NCBI GenBank assembly: GCA_023435025.1
Contig: JAEYSE010000030.1
Span: 565 to 64,564, forward strand
Reading direction: 5' to 3'
Length of the DNA: 64,000 nt
Source of the DNA: Bacillota bacterium
GTDB lineage: Bacteria; Bacillota; Clostridia; Christensenellales; CAG-138
Of this stretch, positions 18,056 to 27,905 are shown piece after piece. Positions within the stretch are counted from its first letter, which is position 1. Each line of letters opens with the position of its first letter. Made by a program: the position numbers and the translations under genes. The notes below the pieces were generated by a model. That model made no database searches. It was not told the origin of the DNA and worked only from the letters and a program-made list of their open reading frames with translations.

Positions 18056-18084
18056 TTGTCAGTCGGTCAGGCCAAATCTACACT
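18056..18084 (+). promoter_or_regulatory. putative promoter of the LmbE-led sub-operon
   Basis: TTGTCA, 17 nt, TACACT, about 20 nt upstream of ATG 18104. Confidence 0.4.
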
Positions 18085-18103
18085 ATGATTTAAAGGGGTA
18101 GGA

Positions 18104-18982
18104 ATGCAAAACATACTTAGTTTTCGATTCTGCGATACGAATTCAAAAACAATCTCGGATGACATTGGGACTATCTTTCCCGACTGGGGAGCGGATGAAA
18201 ACATTTGCGTGATGAGCCCGCATGATGATGACGCGGTCATCGGCGCAGGATACGCTATGCTTGCTGCGCGGCAGGCCGGCGCAAACGTATATGTATTCAT
18301 TTTTTGTAGGGGCGATGCCGGATACAGTTCCTTGGAGGAAAAAGAGACAATTGAGCAGACCAGAATGGCGGAGACATTGGAGTGTTACGCGCATTTGGGC
18401 ATACCGCACAAAAACATACTACGCCTCGGATTTGGCGACTTTTCTGCGATCGGCCGTATTGGGTGGACCACGGCGGCGAATGCCGAGGGCGATATGCCCC
18501 GCATGCTGCGCTTTTTTAGGGAGAATAAAATCACCCGTGTACTTGTGCCTAACCATTATCGGGAGCACATCGATCATCTCGCGGCTCATATCATGGCAAG
18601 CTACAATGCGCCACAGGCGGGAGACCCCATACTGGTTGATTACGGCAAGCCCCATACGGTAAGATCCTTCCTCGAATACTCCGTATGGGCGGATTTTGAC
18701 CCGGAAGACGCTCTGGTAAATAAAAGGGATACATCCGTTCGCGCGAACCGGATTATCATAGCATCCGGCATTGCGGAAGACCAGATCGCGGAAGCGATCC
18801 GTGAATATCGTTCGCAAGAACAAATCATTTCAGATCTCATCCGGCAAAGGTCAGAGCGGAAATTGAAGGATGGTCGGGGTATAGAGGCCTATATCGCCTT
18901 CGATCCTCGCCCTAAGATTTCTTTCTCTCCATATATTAAGTTCATTGGACAAATAGATTCCGAATGCCATGTTAACGAATGA
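18104..18982 (+). CDS. PIG-L/LmbE-family N-acetyl-sugar deacetylase
   Basis: VMSPHDDDAVIG (PHxDD motif) and HYREHIDHLAAH (second His motif). 292 aa. Confidence 0.8.
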   Translation: MQNILSFRFCDTNSKTISDDIGTIFPDWGADENICVMSPHDDDAVIGAGYAMLAARQAGANVYVFIFCRGDAGYSSLEEKETIEQTRMAETLECYAHLGIPHKNILRLGFGDFSAIGRIGWTTAANAEGDMPRMLRFFRENKITRVLVPNHYREHIDHLAAHIMASYNAPQAGDPILVDYGKPHTVRSFLEYSVWADFDPEDALVNKRDTSVRANRIIIASGIAEDQIAEAIREYRSQEQIISDLIRQRSERKLKDGRGIEAYIAFDPRPKISFSPYIKFIGQIDSECHVNE

Positions 18983-19087
18983 TTAGACAACCAGGAATCG
19001 TGGCGAAGCACCCGACCTGCAGGACTTGCGGTGAGGATTTTTACAAAGCCGCGAATGCGGTGTTAAACAAACCTATGGAGGCGAGAC

Positions 19088-19990
19088 ATGAAACAGTGTT
19101 TATTTTTGATCAGCTTGAGCCGGCTTTTTGAGTCCGGACTAACGATGGATGGAGCATTGGAATTCGCGAAGGAGGCGGGATTTGGTGCGGTGGAGCCTAC
19201 GAACATCGGCGAGTTGGCTGTGCCAGATACCGAGAAAGCCAAGAGGTTCGCCGACCGGTGTTCGCGGCTTGGACTTGAGATCCCGTGCTTTTCAATGCCT
19301 GTCAGGCTGGAAACGGCTGATTATATCCAACAGACAGAGCGTATTTTTGCATTCATTGATATGGCACATGTGATGGGCGCCAAATTTTTTCACCATACCA
19401 TCGCTCCCACGCTCGAACATACGGCACACGAAATGCCTTTGTACGAGCAAATCAAACCGCAGTTGATCGAAGCTGCCGGGCGGATCCAGCGTTATGCCGC
19501 AAAGTATGGCATTACCTGCGTATATGAGGATCAAGGATATGTCGTAAACGGGATTCAAAACTATGGAGACTTTTTCCTGAGCCTGCCTGAGCCGAACAAG
19601 GGGGTGGTTTCGGATTTGGGGAACATTCTTTTTGTCAATGAGCGGCCCGAGGATTTCACTGCGCATTTCTTGAATAATATTGTGCACGTACATATAAAGG
19701 ATTATCTTAAAAAGGCCGGTTCGGCTCAATTCCCCGGAAAAGGATGGTATCTAAGTAAAAACGGTGATTTTCTGCGTGGTACCGTGATCGGTCACGGCAG
19801 TGTGGATTTCATACAAATATTCAAGATTTTGATACGGTCGGGTTACAAAGGATGGTATTCAATTGAATTCGATGGGCTCGAAGATCCGTTGCTCGCTGCG
19901 GAGCTGGGCCGTGAGAATGCACAATATTATTATGAGGAAGCGCAGCGCCAGATCGGCGCAGGCCCTAACAAGGCCATAAACGTGGTATGA
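19088..19990 (+). CDS. sugar phosphate isomerase/epimerase (xylose-isomerase-like TIM barrel)
   Basis: 300 aa. EFAKEAGFGAVE..HHT..YEDQG..VHIKDY..WYSIEF pattern of the AP-endonuclease-2/IolE-like TIM-barrel family. RBS GGAGG. Confidence 0.75.
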   Translation: MKQCLFLISLSRLFESGLTMDGALEFAKEAGFGAVEPTNIGELAVPDTEKAKRFADRCSRLGLEIPCFSMPVRLETADYIQQTERIFAFIDMAHVMGAKFFHHTIAPTLEHTAHEMPLYEQIKPQLIEAAGRIQRYAAKYGITCVYEDQGYVVNGIQNYGDFFLSLPEPNKGVVSDLGNILFVNERPEDFTAHFLNNIVHVHIKDYLKKAGSAQFPGKGWYLSKNGDFLRGTVIGHGSVDFIQIFKILIRSGYKGWYSIEFDGLEDPLLAAELGRENAQYYYEEAQRQIGAGPNKAINVV

Positions 19991-20051
19991 TCTTTTCCTA
20001 ACAGATCAATCGTCTATGATTCGTAGCAAACGCAAAATTTGGAGGACCTTA

Positions 20052-21425
20052 ATGAAGACAAGCTTTTTCTCTTTGAAAATTACACCGCCGATCGGTGTTC
20101 CTCTTGCCGGCAACGGAAGGGAGGATTCCCGTTCGCGCGGCATCCATGACGATTTATTCGCCAATTTCGCCTATCTGGCATCTGATACGCATCGGCATCT
20201 GTTCATCGAAATGGATCTGCTCGGCATAAAAAAATGCGATGCAGACGCCATGAAAGCAAATATCGAAAGGAGCTGCAATATTCCGGCCGCAAATATCACT
20301 ATCACGGCAACGCATACGCACAGCGGCCCCAATACCGTAGAAATATTCAAACCTTTTTTAAACGATTCAGATATGGCTGCATGTTTGGATTACAGGGTTT
20401 GGCTTGTGGACGCAGTCTCTTCTGCGGCGCCCGAAGTGATCGCCGCCGCTGCAGATTCCCAAATGGCGCACAGCCGCGGTATTGTAGACGGTTTCTCATT
20501 TAATCGCCGCGTTATGATGGATGACGGTACGCTGCGCATGGTTTTTGAGGATTATGACCGGGATCGGATCGTCCGTCTTGCCGGCCCAAACGGCGACAGC
20601 ATGATGCATGCTTTTGTATTTACGGACTTAAACGCCAAAGTAAAGGGCCTGATCCTCCAATATACCAGCCATCCAGCGGTGGTATGCGGCGAGGACTGGC
20701 TCTATACGCGCGACTATATCCACACCCTTACGGAAAAACTCAAGCAGTATTATGGACAGGACGTCGTTGTTCTTTACATGAATGGCGCACAAGGCAACCA
20801 GGTGGCGGCCAACCCTTATAAACCTTTCATTACCGGTTTTGCCGAAGCGGAACGCGTGGGCATGGGACTCGCCGAAGGAGCAATCCGTATTATTGACGGC
20901 GCTCTTGAAAACCGCGGTTTAAAAGAACGCATTCAGTTGCTGTCGCTCAGCGAGAAACTGACGCTCCCTTTGCGGCGTATTACAAAAGAGGAAGCTGAAC
21001 GCGCACAGAACTTAATGGGAGCCCAGTATAAGGGAGCACAATTGCATGGATTGGACCCACGGGTGGAAGCCCTCAGCATATTAGAAATGGCAGGGCTTAC
21101 GCACACGGAAGAAGAAACTTTGATACAGGCCATCGTGCTAGGTGATGCGCTGATACTCACCTTCCCGGGCGAAGTTTTTTTGGAGCATGCCATAAACGCC
21201 TTGGCGGAAAATCCTTTTTGCGATGCGATGATATTCGGCCTTGCAAATGATTATGTAGGATATATTCCAACCAAAGAGGCTTTTTCAGAGGGAGGATACG
21301 AGGTAAAAACTTCGTATGCGTCCAGCCGGTACGATCCTTGCGCGGGGGATTTGCTTACAGCCGCAAGCAGAGATTTGATCCGTAAGATAGCGGCTGCTAT
21401 CCACATGGGGCAGGCGCCTGCCTGA
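20052..21425 (+). CDS. neutral/alkaline ceramidase N-terminal-domain-like amidohydrolase (putative N-acyl amidase)
   Basis: ITPPIGVPLAGNGREDSRSRGIHDDLFAN..ATHTHSGPN resembles the bacterial ceramidase-like family. ATG 20052 follows GGAGG; the ORF track starts at 20016. Confidence 0.6.
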   Translation: MKTSFFSLKITPPIGVPLAGNGREDSRSRGIHDDLFANFAYLASDTHRHLFIEMDLLGIKKCDADAMKANIERSCNIPAANITITATHTHSGPNTVEIFKPFLNDSDMAACLDYRVWLVDAVSSAAPEVIAAAADSQMAHSRGIVDGFSFNRRVMMDDGTLRMVFEDYDRDRIVRLAGPNGDSMMHAFVFTDLNAKVKGLILQYTSHPAVVCGEDWLYTRDYIHTLTEKLKQYYGQDVVVLYMNGAQGNQVAANPYKPFITGFAEAERVGMGLAEGAIRIIDGALENRGLKERIQLLSLSEKLTLPLRRITKEEAERAQNLMGAQYKGAQLHGLDPRVEALSILEMAGLTHTEEETLIQAIVLGDALILTFPGEVFLEHAINALAENPFCDAMIFGLANDYVGYIPTKEAFSEGGYEVKTSYASSRYDPCAGDLLTAASRDLIRKIAAAIHMGQAPA

Positions 21426-21469
21426 CCATCTGCACATCCATGTCAATCGAAATTTAGAATTTCAAAAAC

Positions 21470-21498
21470 TTGACTTTAAAACAAAAACGAAACATAAT
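21470..21498 (+). promoter_or_regulatory. putative internal promoter
   Basis: TTGACT, 17 nt, CATAAT, about 45 nt upstream of the NagB-like gene. Confidence 0.5.
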
Positions 21499-21542
21499 GA
21501 TTAAAGAATTAATAATTCCACTGGAATAAATAAAAGGAGGCA

Positions 21543-22499
21543 ATGTTTATGGACATGCTCAACACGATGAAAGGATCGTATTTCGAAGAGATCATGCCCG
21601 ACGGTTGGGACATCGGGCGTATCGGAAAATGCTGTTCTTACGATCCGGATTCCATCCTGGATCCGCAGCCGTTCTGGAACAAAGGCTTCAAACCGGTGCC
21701 TTGTGACAGCTTAGAAGAGTTCGGTGCCTATATGGGTCACGAGATTGCCATGCAGATCAGGAATGCGAAGGAGAGCGGGCACGATTTAATTCTGATTCTG
21801 CCGGTGGGACCTATGGGGATGTATAAATGGGCGGTTTATTATTTGAAGGAATGGAATGTGGACTGTAAACATGTGCATGGGTTCAACATGGATGAATGGA
21901 GTGATGATAAGGGCAATACCCTGCCGCCGGAAAATCCCGCTGCCTTCCAAAACGCCATGATCAACGCCTTTTACGGGCCTCTCGGTGAATTGACCGTTCC
22001 AGTCGGCCAGAGAAATTTTGCGACTAAGGATAATCTCCCCCAGTATGCTGAAAAAATTGCTGCACTTAAGGCAAAAGGCGCAAAACAGGTACTGGTATTC
22101 GGCATCGGTCGTATGTGTCATATTGCCTTCTGGGAACCCCAATTCGCTACTGAGTACGCGAATGAGAAAGAATGGATGGCTGCGACCCATAGAATTGGCG
22201 CGAGACTGCATCCTTTTACGATCGAGCAAAACGCGATAACAAGCTTTCGAAGCAATTGGTCGCTGATTCCTTGCTTCGCAAATACGATAGGACCCGGCAT
22301 CATATTCGGTTCCGACTATATCATTGGAGGAGCGGACGGCGTATTGAGCCGTGGGATGCAGTGGCAAGGCATGAGTTTATGGATCACGCTGCGGCATGGA
22401 CCTTCAAAAAGCATTACATCCAGCTATATCCCGACTCTCCCAGGTAAGCTGTTCTTCATGAAAGAACTTGCGGGACCGCTGTGCGCAGATACGAACTGA
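21543..22499 (+). CDS. glucosamine-6-phosphate deaminase/isomerase-like (NagB/6-phosphogluconolactonase superfamily), long divergent form
   Basis: 318 aa. [34 protein letters not shown] resembles the NagB fold motifs (compare the canonical copy at 62040). The start could be ATG 21549. Confidence 0.55.
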   Translation: MFMDMLNTMKGSYFEEIMPDGWDIGRIGKCCSYDPDSILDPQPFWNKGFKPVPCDSLEEFGAYMGHEIAMQIRNAKESGHDLILILPVGPMGMYKWAVYYLKEWNVDCKHVHGFNMDEWSDDKGNTLPPENPAAFQNAMINAFYGPLGELTVPVGQRNFATKDNLPQYAEKIAALKAKGAKQVLVFGIGRMCHIAFWEPQFATEYANEKEWMAATHRIGARLHPFTIEQNAITSFRSNWSLIPCFANTIGPGIIFGSDYIIGGADGVLSRGMQWQGMSLWITLRHGPSKSITSSYIPTLPGKLFFMKELAGPLCADTN

Positions 22500-22624
22500 G
22501 CAAGTTAATGTTAAACAGCGGCTGCCTTGCGCAGCCGCTGCCTCCTGGTGCGGTACTTTTTCTGGCCGTACAAAGCCCTCTTCAATAAGGCGGTTTGAGC
22601 CAAAAAAGGTGTATGCTATGCCGT

Positions 22625-23857
22625 CTAGTTGATGCTTCTGAATATTTCGTCCATTGACATCATGACTGCGGCACACCGCATGGACTCGTAATCACTTTTT
22701 GAGCCTTCTATGAAAACTTCACCTTTTGAGTTGCTAAGCTTAAATTCCCGATCCATCGTATCGCGTACCATTTGAATAAATTCTTCGCCCAAAGCAAGAA
22801 TGGATCCGCCGATATGTATGCTTTGTACGTCAAATAAGTTGATAACACTCACAAGTCCGCAGCACAGCGTGAAACAGAAATCCTGCATCACCCGCAGTAC
22901 TTCTGGATCGTTTGCCTGGAATGACCTTGCGACCTCATCCAGCGCGCTCAGATTTTGTTCCGCACCGAAGGATTCAAGATAGGAGAGATTAAGCTGTGTC
23001 TTTTCGTTCAGGGTGCGGAACAACGCTACGGTCGAGCACATCGTTTCAAGGCAGCCGTGATTGGAACATTTGCATATAGGGCCGGTGCGGTCTACGATGA
23101 TATGTCCGATCTCTAAAGGGAAACAGCTATTGATATCCTTGTGTGCATCCCCGATCACGACCGCTGCGCTGATACCTTCATCGATATTGACGGATAAGAG
23201 CCGAGTGCCGGAAACATAATCGTCAGCCAAAAATTCTCTGAAGGCGATCACACGCGTTACGTTGCTGACTCGTACATCGGCTTCCGGGAAATGCTTCCTA
23301 AGGGATAAGATCAAATCCTTTTCTATGAACTCTTCAAGAGGGAGCACTGCGGAAAACTCAAAACTTCCTGTTTCGGAATTAAATAATCCCGGGAACATGA
23401 CATGTACGCCCAAAAGCCTGTAAAGCGCCGCTCTTTTGGACTTTAGCAATGTACGAATTTCTTCGCTCACCCGCTCTGCCGTTACTTTTTCATCGCGTAC
23501 TCTGACGCTTCCGAGCTTATGGAGGCAGATGTCATAAAGGCTGCAAATAAAACCACGGCTCAGTATCTCAATGGTGGCGATATACCCGCCAGTTGCGTTT
23601 ACTTTGAGCATGATAGGCTTACGTCCCCGGATTGACGAATCGCCAAGGCCCGTCTCTATGACCCACTTGCTTTGGATCAGCTCGTCCACGAGCATGGAGA
23701 CCGTCGTGGGGGATAGGCCGGTAATCTCTGCCAGCTGCGCCCTAGATACCGGCATATTCTTGCGTATAAGACCAAACAAAAGCGTTAAATTAGAGGTTTT
23801 AATTTTTTGCTGCGAGAACCCGTTTTTTACGCGCTCTTTATGCTTTGATTTTATCAT
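22625..23857 (-). CDS. ROK-family transcriptional regulator (wHTH + ROK sugar-kinase-like domain)
   Basis: N-terminal HTH (VSRAQLAEITGLSPTTVSMLVDEL) and the ROK zinc motif CKCSNHGCLE. 410 aa. Confidence 0.85.
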   Translation of the reverse strand: MIKSKHKERVKNGFSQQKIKTSNLTLLFGLIRKNMPVSRAQLAEITGLSPTTVSMLVDELIQSKWVIETGLGDSSIRGRKPIMLKVNATGGYIATIEILSRGFICSLYDICLHKLGSVRVRDEKVTAERVSEEIRTLLKSKRAALYRLLGVHVMFPGLFNSETGSFEFSAVLPLEEFIEKDLILSLRKHFPEADVRVSNVTRVIAFREFLADDYVSGTRLLSVNIDEGISAAVVIGDAHKDINSCFPLEIGHIIVDRTGPICKCSNHGCLETMCSTVALFRTLNEKTQLNLSYLESFGAEQNLSALDEVARSFQANDPEVLRVMQDFCFTLCCGLVSVINLFDVQSIHIGGSILALGEEFIQMVRDTMDREFKLSNSKGEVFIEGSKSDYESMRCAAVMMSMDEIFRSIN

Positions 23858-24152
23858 GTGTCACCTCTTAATTAATCCAACGGATTTATTATTCAATACA
23901 AATTGTAAATTATTTGAATGAAAATGTCAATAAAATTAGGGATTTTTTTAAAAATATAGATGTACAATATTCTGTTAAATATCAATACTTGCAGAATCGC
24001 TATTGATTTTAAGAATATGTTGTTGTAATATAGCAATGATCATTTCAAGTACAGATTGTTCCCTTTACCCCACCGATTTCTTCTATGGCCCCGCACAATT
24101 GTGTAAAGTTGAGCCCCTTATGTTATCTGCGAAAATCAAAGGAGTGAAATTG

Positions 24153-25157
24153 ATGAGTCAACCGCAAGCGCAAATCATGGCAAGCAAAAACACCAGTATA
24201 GCCGAACTATTCTCCAGGTTCTCCAAGGAATATATGTCTATTATCGGAATCATCCTAATGAGCATCGTATTTACGATTACATCAGAATGGTTCATGACAT
24301 GGGACAACTGGAAGAATATTTTGCTGCAAAGCTCCACCGTATCCATTTGCGCGCTAGGTCAGGCCATTGTTCTGCTGACCGGTAACTTCGACCTCTCTCT
24401 GGGACGCAATGTTGCGTTCACAAGCTGCCTTGGGGCAGTTTTAATGAAGGATGTCGCTTTCGGACCGGACGGCATGAATCCATGGCTCGTCATTTTTATC
24501 ATGTTGGCTGCGGGTGCATTTCTGGGCGTTATCAACGGCGGGCTGACGGCCTATGTCGGGCTTCCGGCATTTATCGCTACTTTGGGCACGCAGAATATAT
24601 GCTACGGTTTGGCCAAGGTCATAACCAACGCGACGCCGATCGCGACTTTCTCCAATCAGATCGCATTCTTCGGGCGCGGTTATCTGGGACCCATACCATA
24701 TTGTGTTCTGATCATGATTGGGCTGTATGCCCTCGCGCAGTTCCTGTCCGTCAAAACAAAGCTCGGCCGCAATATCTATGCGGTAGGTGGTGGATGTGAG
24801 GCTGCATTTTTTGCCGGTATCAATGTTAAGAAATATACGTTCATCACTTTTGTAATCGCAGGACTTCTTGCATCGTTTTCGGGTGTCGTTCTGATGAGCC
24901 GCCTGAATTCCGTGGCGATCACCAACGGCCAGGGCTACGAGTTTGACGCCGTCATAGGATCGATCATAGGCGGTATAAGCCTCACAGGTGGGAAGGGCAA
25001 GCTTGTGGGGACCATGTTCGGTTCAATATTCCTTATCACATTGTTCAATGGCATGGCTCAGCTGCGCGTCGACCCGTTCATGCAGGATGTATTAAAGGGA
25101 GTAGTGCTTGTCGCTGCAATCACTATGGACGTACTGCGCAACAGGAAACAATCCTGA
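24153..25157 (+). CDS. monosaccharide-type ABC transporter permease (RbsC/XylH-like)
   Basis: Polytopic; shows the GGISLTGGKG motif typical of ribose-family permeases. ATG 24153 follows AAAGGAG. The ORF track extends 50 codons upstream. Confidence 0.85.
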   Translation: MSQPQAQIMASKNTSIAELFSRFSKEYMSIIGIILMSIVFTITSEWFMTWDNWKNILLQSSTVSICALGQAIVLLTGNFDLSLGRNVAFTSCLGAVLMKDVAFGPDGMNPWLVIFIMLAAGAFLGVINGGLTAYVGLPAFIATLGTQNICYGLAKVITNATPIATFSNQIAFFGRGYLGPIPYCVLIMIGLYALAQFLSVKTKLGRNIYAVGGGCEAAFFAGINVKKYTFITFVIAGLLASFSGVVLMSRLNSVAITNGQGYEFDAVIGSIIGGISLTGGKGKLVGTMFGSIFLITLFNGMAQLRVDPFMQDVLKGVVLVAAITMDVLRNRKQS

Positions 25158-25208
25158 CCTGTACCTCTACAATTATCAAAATTTATGAGGAAAGGTTTGG
25201 AACACGTT

Positions 25209-26690
25209 ATGGAAAAAGAAAACATACTGGTTCTTGAGAATGTAAGCAAAAGCTTCCCCGGCGTAAAAGCATTGGACGATGTTTCGTTCAAAATTGAGCG
25301 AGGGAGCATACATGCACTGGTCGGAGAAAACGGCGCGGGCAAAAGCACAATGATCAAAATTCTCGCCGGTATCTACCACGCCGATAAAGGCAATGTACTA
25401 CTCAACGGCAAACCGGTGAACTTTAAAACGCCCCATGATTCCATCCGGACCGGCATTGCTGTGGTCCACCAGGAAATCAAGCTGGCGGAGCCCCTGACCG
25501 TCGCCGAGAATATGTTCATCGGCAATCTGATTTATAAAAAAGGATTGGTCGATTGGGCCGAAATGCGCGCCCGAGCCAGAAAAATCATATCCGAATTGGG
25601 AATCGATATTGACGTGAATGCTCCAGTGGAATCCCTTTCGGTGGCTAAAAAACAAATCGTTGAGATCTGCAAGGCAATCAACCATGACGTCAAGCTGCTG
25701 ATCATGGATGAGCCTTCCGCGACATTGTCCGACCGTGAGCTCGAGATTATGTTTGATATTATACGCAAGCTTAAGGAAGAAGGAATCACGGTTATCTACA
25801 TATCACACCGTCTGGATGAGGTATTCAAGCTTGCCGATTATGTAACAGTTCTGCGCGATGGAAAGCATATCGATACGTTGCCCATCGAAAAAGTGAACAG
25901 GGACCTCCTGATTACGCTGATGGTCGGCCGGGAGTTGGGCCAGGAATATCCCAAGGTTAAGGTCGAAGTCGGGGAAACGGTACTCGAAGTCAAGAATCTT
26001 ACCCGAAAAGGCGTTTTGAAGGACATCAGCTTCAGCGTTAAAAAAGGAGAAGTTCTCGGAATATCCGGATTGGTCGGGTCGGGCCGGACTGAGCTTGCGC
26101 GGGCAATCCTGGGTATTGATAAAATCGACTCCGGCGAGGTCAGGGTTCGAGGGAAAAAAGTAAATTATAGGTCCTTTAAGGAAGCCATTCAAGATGGTTT
26201 AGGGCTAATCCCGGAGGACAGAAAACAGCAGGGGCTTGTTCAAATATTCTCGGTAAAACGAAATATCTGCATGGTGAGCATCGACAAGGTCATCAAAAAA
26301 GGCATTGTTCGCAATGCTCTGGAAACAAAGTATGCGGAGGAATACTCCAAGAAGCTGCATGTTTCTACCCCAACACTGGATACACAGGTCCAATATCTTT
26401 CTGGCGGAAATCAGCAGAAGGTCGTCATTGCAAAGTGGATGCTACAAAACAGCGACATCTTATTCCTGGATGAACCGACCCGTGGTATCGACGTCGGCGC
26501 GAAGGCGGAGATCTACCGTCTGATCAACGGATTGGTCGAAGAGGGAAAAACCATCGTGCTAATCTCGTCCGAAATGCCAGAAATACTTGGAATGTGCGAC
26601 CGGATCGTCGTACTGCACGACGGGATTATGACGGGCGAACTGACTTGCGAGGAAGCAAGTCAGGAAAAGATTATGGCGCTTTGTGTGTAA
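25209..26690 (+). CDS. sugar ABC transporter ATP-binding protein (two ATPase domains, RbsA/MglA-like)
   Basis: GENGAGKST, LSGGNQQKV and a duplicated nucleotide-binding fold. Confidence 0.9.
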   Translation: MEKENILVLENVSKSFPGVKALDDVSFKIERGSIHALVGENGAGKSTMIKILAGIYHADKGNVLLNGKPVNFKTPHDSIRTGIAVVHQEIKLAEPLTVAENMFIGNLIYKKGLVDWAEMRARARKIISELGIDIDVNAPVESLSVAKKQIVEICKAINHDVKLLIMDEPSATLSDRELEIMFDIIRKLKEEGITVIYISHRLDEVFKLADYVTVLRDGKHIDTLPIEKVNRDLLITLMVGRELGQEYPKVKVEVGETVLEVKNLTRKGVLKDISFSVKKGEVLGISGLVGSGRTELARAILGIDKIDSGEVRVRGKKVNYRSFKEAIQDGLGLIPEDRKQQGLVQIFSVKRNICMVSIDKVIKKGIVRNALETKYAEEYSKKLHVSTPTLDTQVQYLSGGNQQKVVIAKWMLQNSDILFLDEPTRGIDVGAKAEIYRLINGLVEEGKTIVLISSEMPEILGMCDRIVVLHDGIMTGELTCEEASQEKIMALCV

Positions 26691-26741
26691 CAGGATCTGA
26701 CGGGAAGCCGTTAAGATAAAAAAACGATGGAGGAAACGACA

Positions 26742-27785
26742 ATGAGAAAAATTCTGGTATTATCTTTGGCCCTGTGCATGATTCTCAGCCTTGCTGCCTG
26801 CGCTGCGCCTGCCGCCCAAGCGCCAGAAGCACCCGTAGCAACCAAAGCTCCCGAAGCCCCCAAAGCAACTGAGGCGTCCGAAGCTCCTGAAGCTCCCTCC
26901 GCAGACTTGCCTCTTGCCGGCAAGGTGATCGGCAATACCATCGTTTATAAAGGCGACGTTTGGTGTGCCCTTCTTGCAGAAGAATTCGAAAAACAAGCTG
27001 CTGCACTGGGCGCAACAATCACCGTAGAAGATGGCGATCTCAATGCTGAGACTCAAAATAAGCAGATCGAGAACATGATCTCGCGCAACGTTGACGTTAT
27101 CTTTGCTGACCCCGCAACCCTCGATGGCTGCACGGCTGCTTTTATCAAAGCGTACGAAGCCGGCATCCCGATTTTCACCTATGACTCCGAGCCCAGCTAT
27201 GAAAATGTTATATCTCATACCGGTTGGGACAACTACGAAACTGGCCGTATGGTAGGCGAATATGTTGTGGACTACATCAACAAGAACCTTGGCGGCGAAG
27301 CGAAAATCGTGTTGCTTGGCAACTATGCTTCCGAGCACTGCATACACCGTGAAGACGAGTTCATGAAGGTCATTGAAGCCACCAACGGTAAAGTACAGGT
27401 CATCTCCCGCCAGGACTGCGAAGGCAACCGTGAAAAGGGCGCCAACGCGATCGCCAACATCGTTGAACCGTTCGATATCGTGGTTTCTGTTGTTGACAAT
27501 GGTGCATGGGGCGCTGTATCCGCATTGGAAGCGCGCGGCGAGACCGATGTTAAGGTATTTTGCATGGGCGCTTACGGCGACGAGCCTTTCCGCGCACTGC
27601 GCGACGGACATCCCATTTATGAAGCAGCCCTGATCGTAGACCCCGCAGCGATCGCAAAGATCACACTGGACAACTATGTAAAGTACGTCCAGGGTCAGAC
27701 CGAGTTTGAAAGGGTTACAAACATCCCCCTGTATATCTGCAACACCGAAAACATCAAAGATTTCTATGCATTCCCCAACGGCTGA
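26742..27785 (+). CDS. sugar ABC substrate-binding lipoprotein (periplasmic-binding-protein type I)
   Basis: MRKILVLSLALCMILSLAAC lipobox, an (A/E)APxA-rich linker, then an RbsB-like body. ATG 26742 follows GGAGG. Confidence 0.85.
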   Translation: MRKILVLSLALCMILSLAACAAPAAQAPEAPVATKAPEAPKATEASEAPEAPSADLPLAGKVIGNTIVYKGDVWCALLAEEFEKQAAALGATITVEDGDLNAETQNKQIENMISRNVDVIFADPATLDGCTAAFIKAYEAGIPIFTYDSEPSYENVISHTGWDNYETGRMVGEYVVDYINKNLGGEAKIVLLGNYASEHCIHREDEFMKVIEATNGKVQVISRQDCEGNREKGANAIANIVEPFDIVVSVVDNGAWGAVSALEARGETDVKVFCMGAYGDEPFRALRDGHPIYEAALIVDPAAIAKITLDNYVKYVQGQTEFERVTNIPLYICNTENIKDFYAFPNG

Positions 27786-27805
27786 TTATCCGTGTAGGTT
27801 CGGAG

Positions 27806-27830
27806 GGGGCGCTTACAGCGCCCCTTCCTT
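27806..27830 (+). terminator. weak terminator-like hairpin after the binding-protein gene
   Basis: GGGGCGCT tac AGCGCCCC followed by TTCCTTAT; poor U-run. Confidence 0.35.
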
Positions 27831-27905
27831 ATAAAAATGCAATCAATAAGGACCCTATCGGGTTCTCCATCAATAAATACATCATGAACCGGGAGGTACT
27901 AAGCA

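Noticed and set aside
14720-18100. Search for a gasdermin-like or other obvious toxin partner, or a STAND/TPR sensor, next to the CHAT protease
   Set aside because: No ORF of suitable size (about 250 aa) or composition exists in the island on either strand. Only the 150-aa repeat protein and the 57-aa ORF accompany the protease, so the system does not fit the known gasdermin or Craspase architectures.
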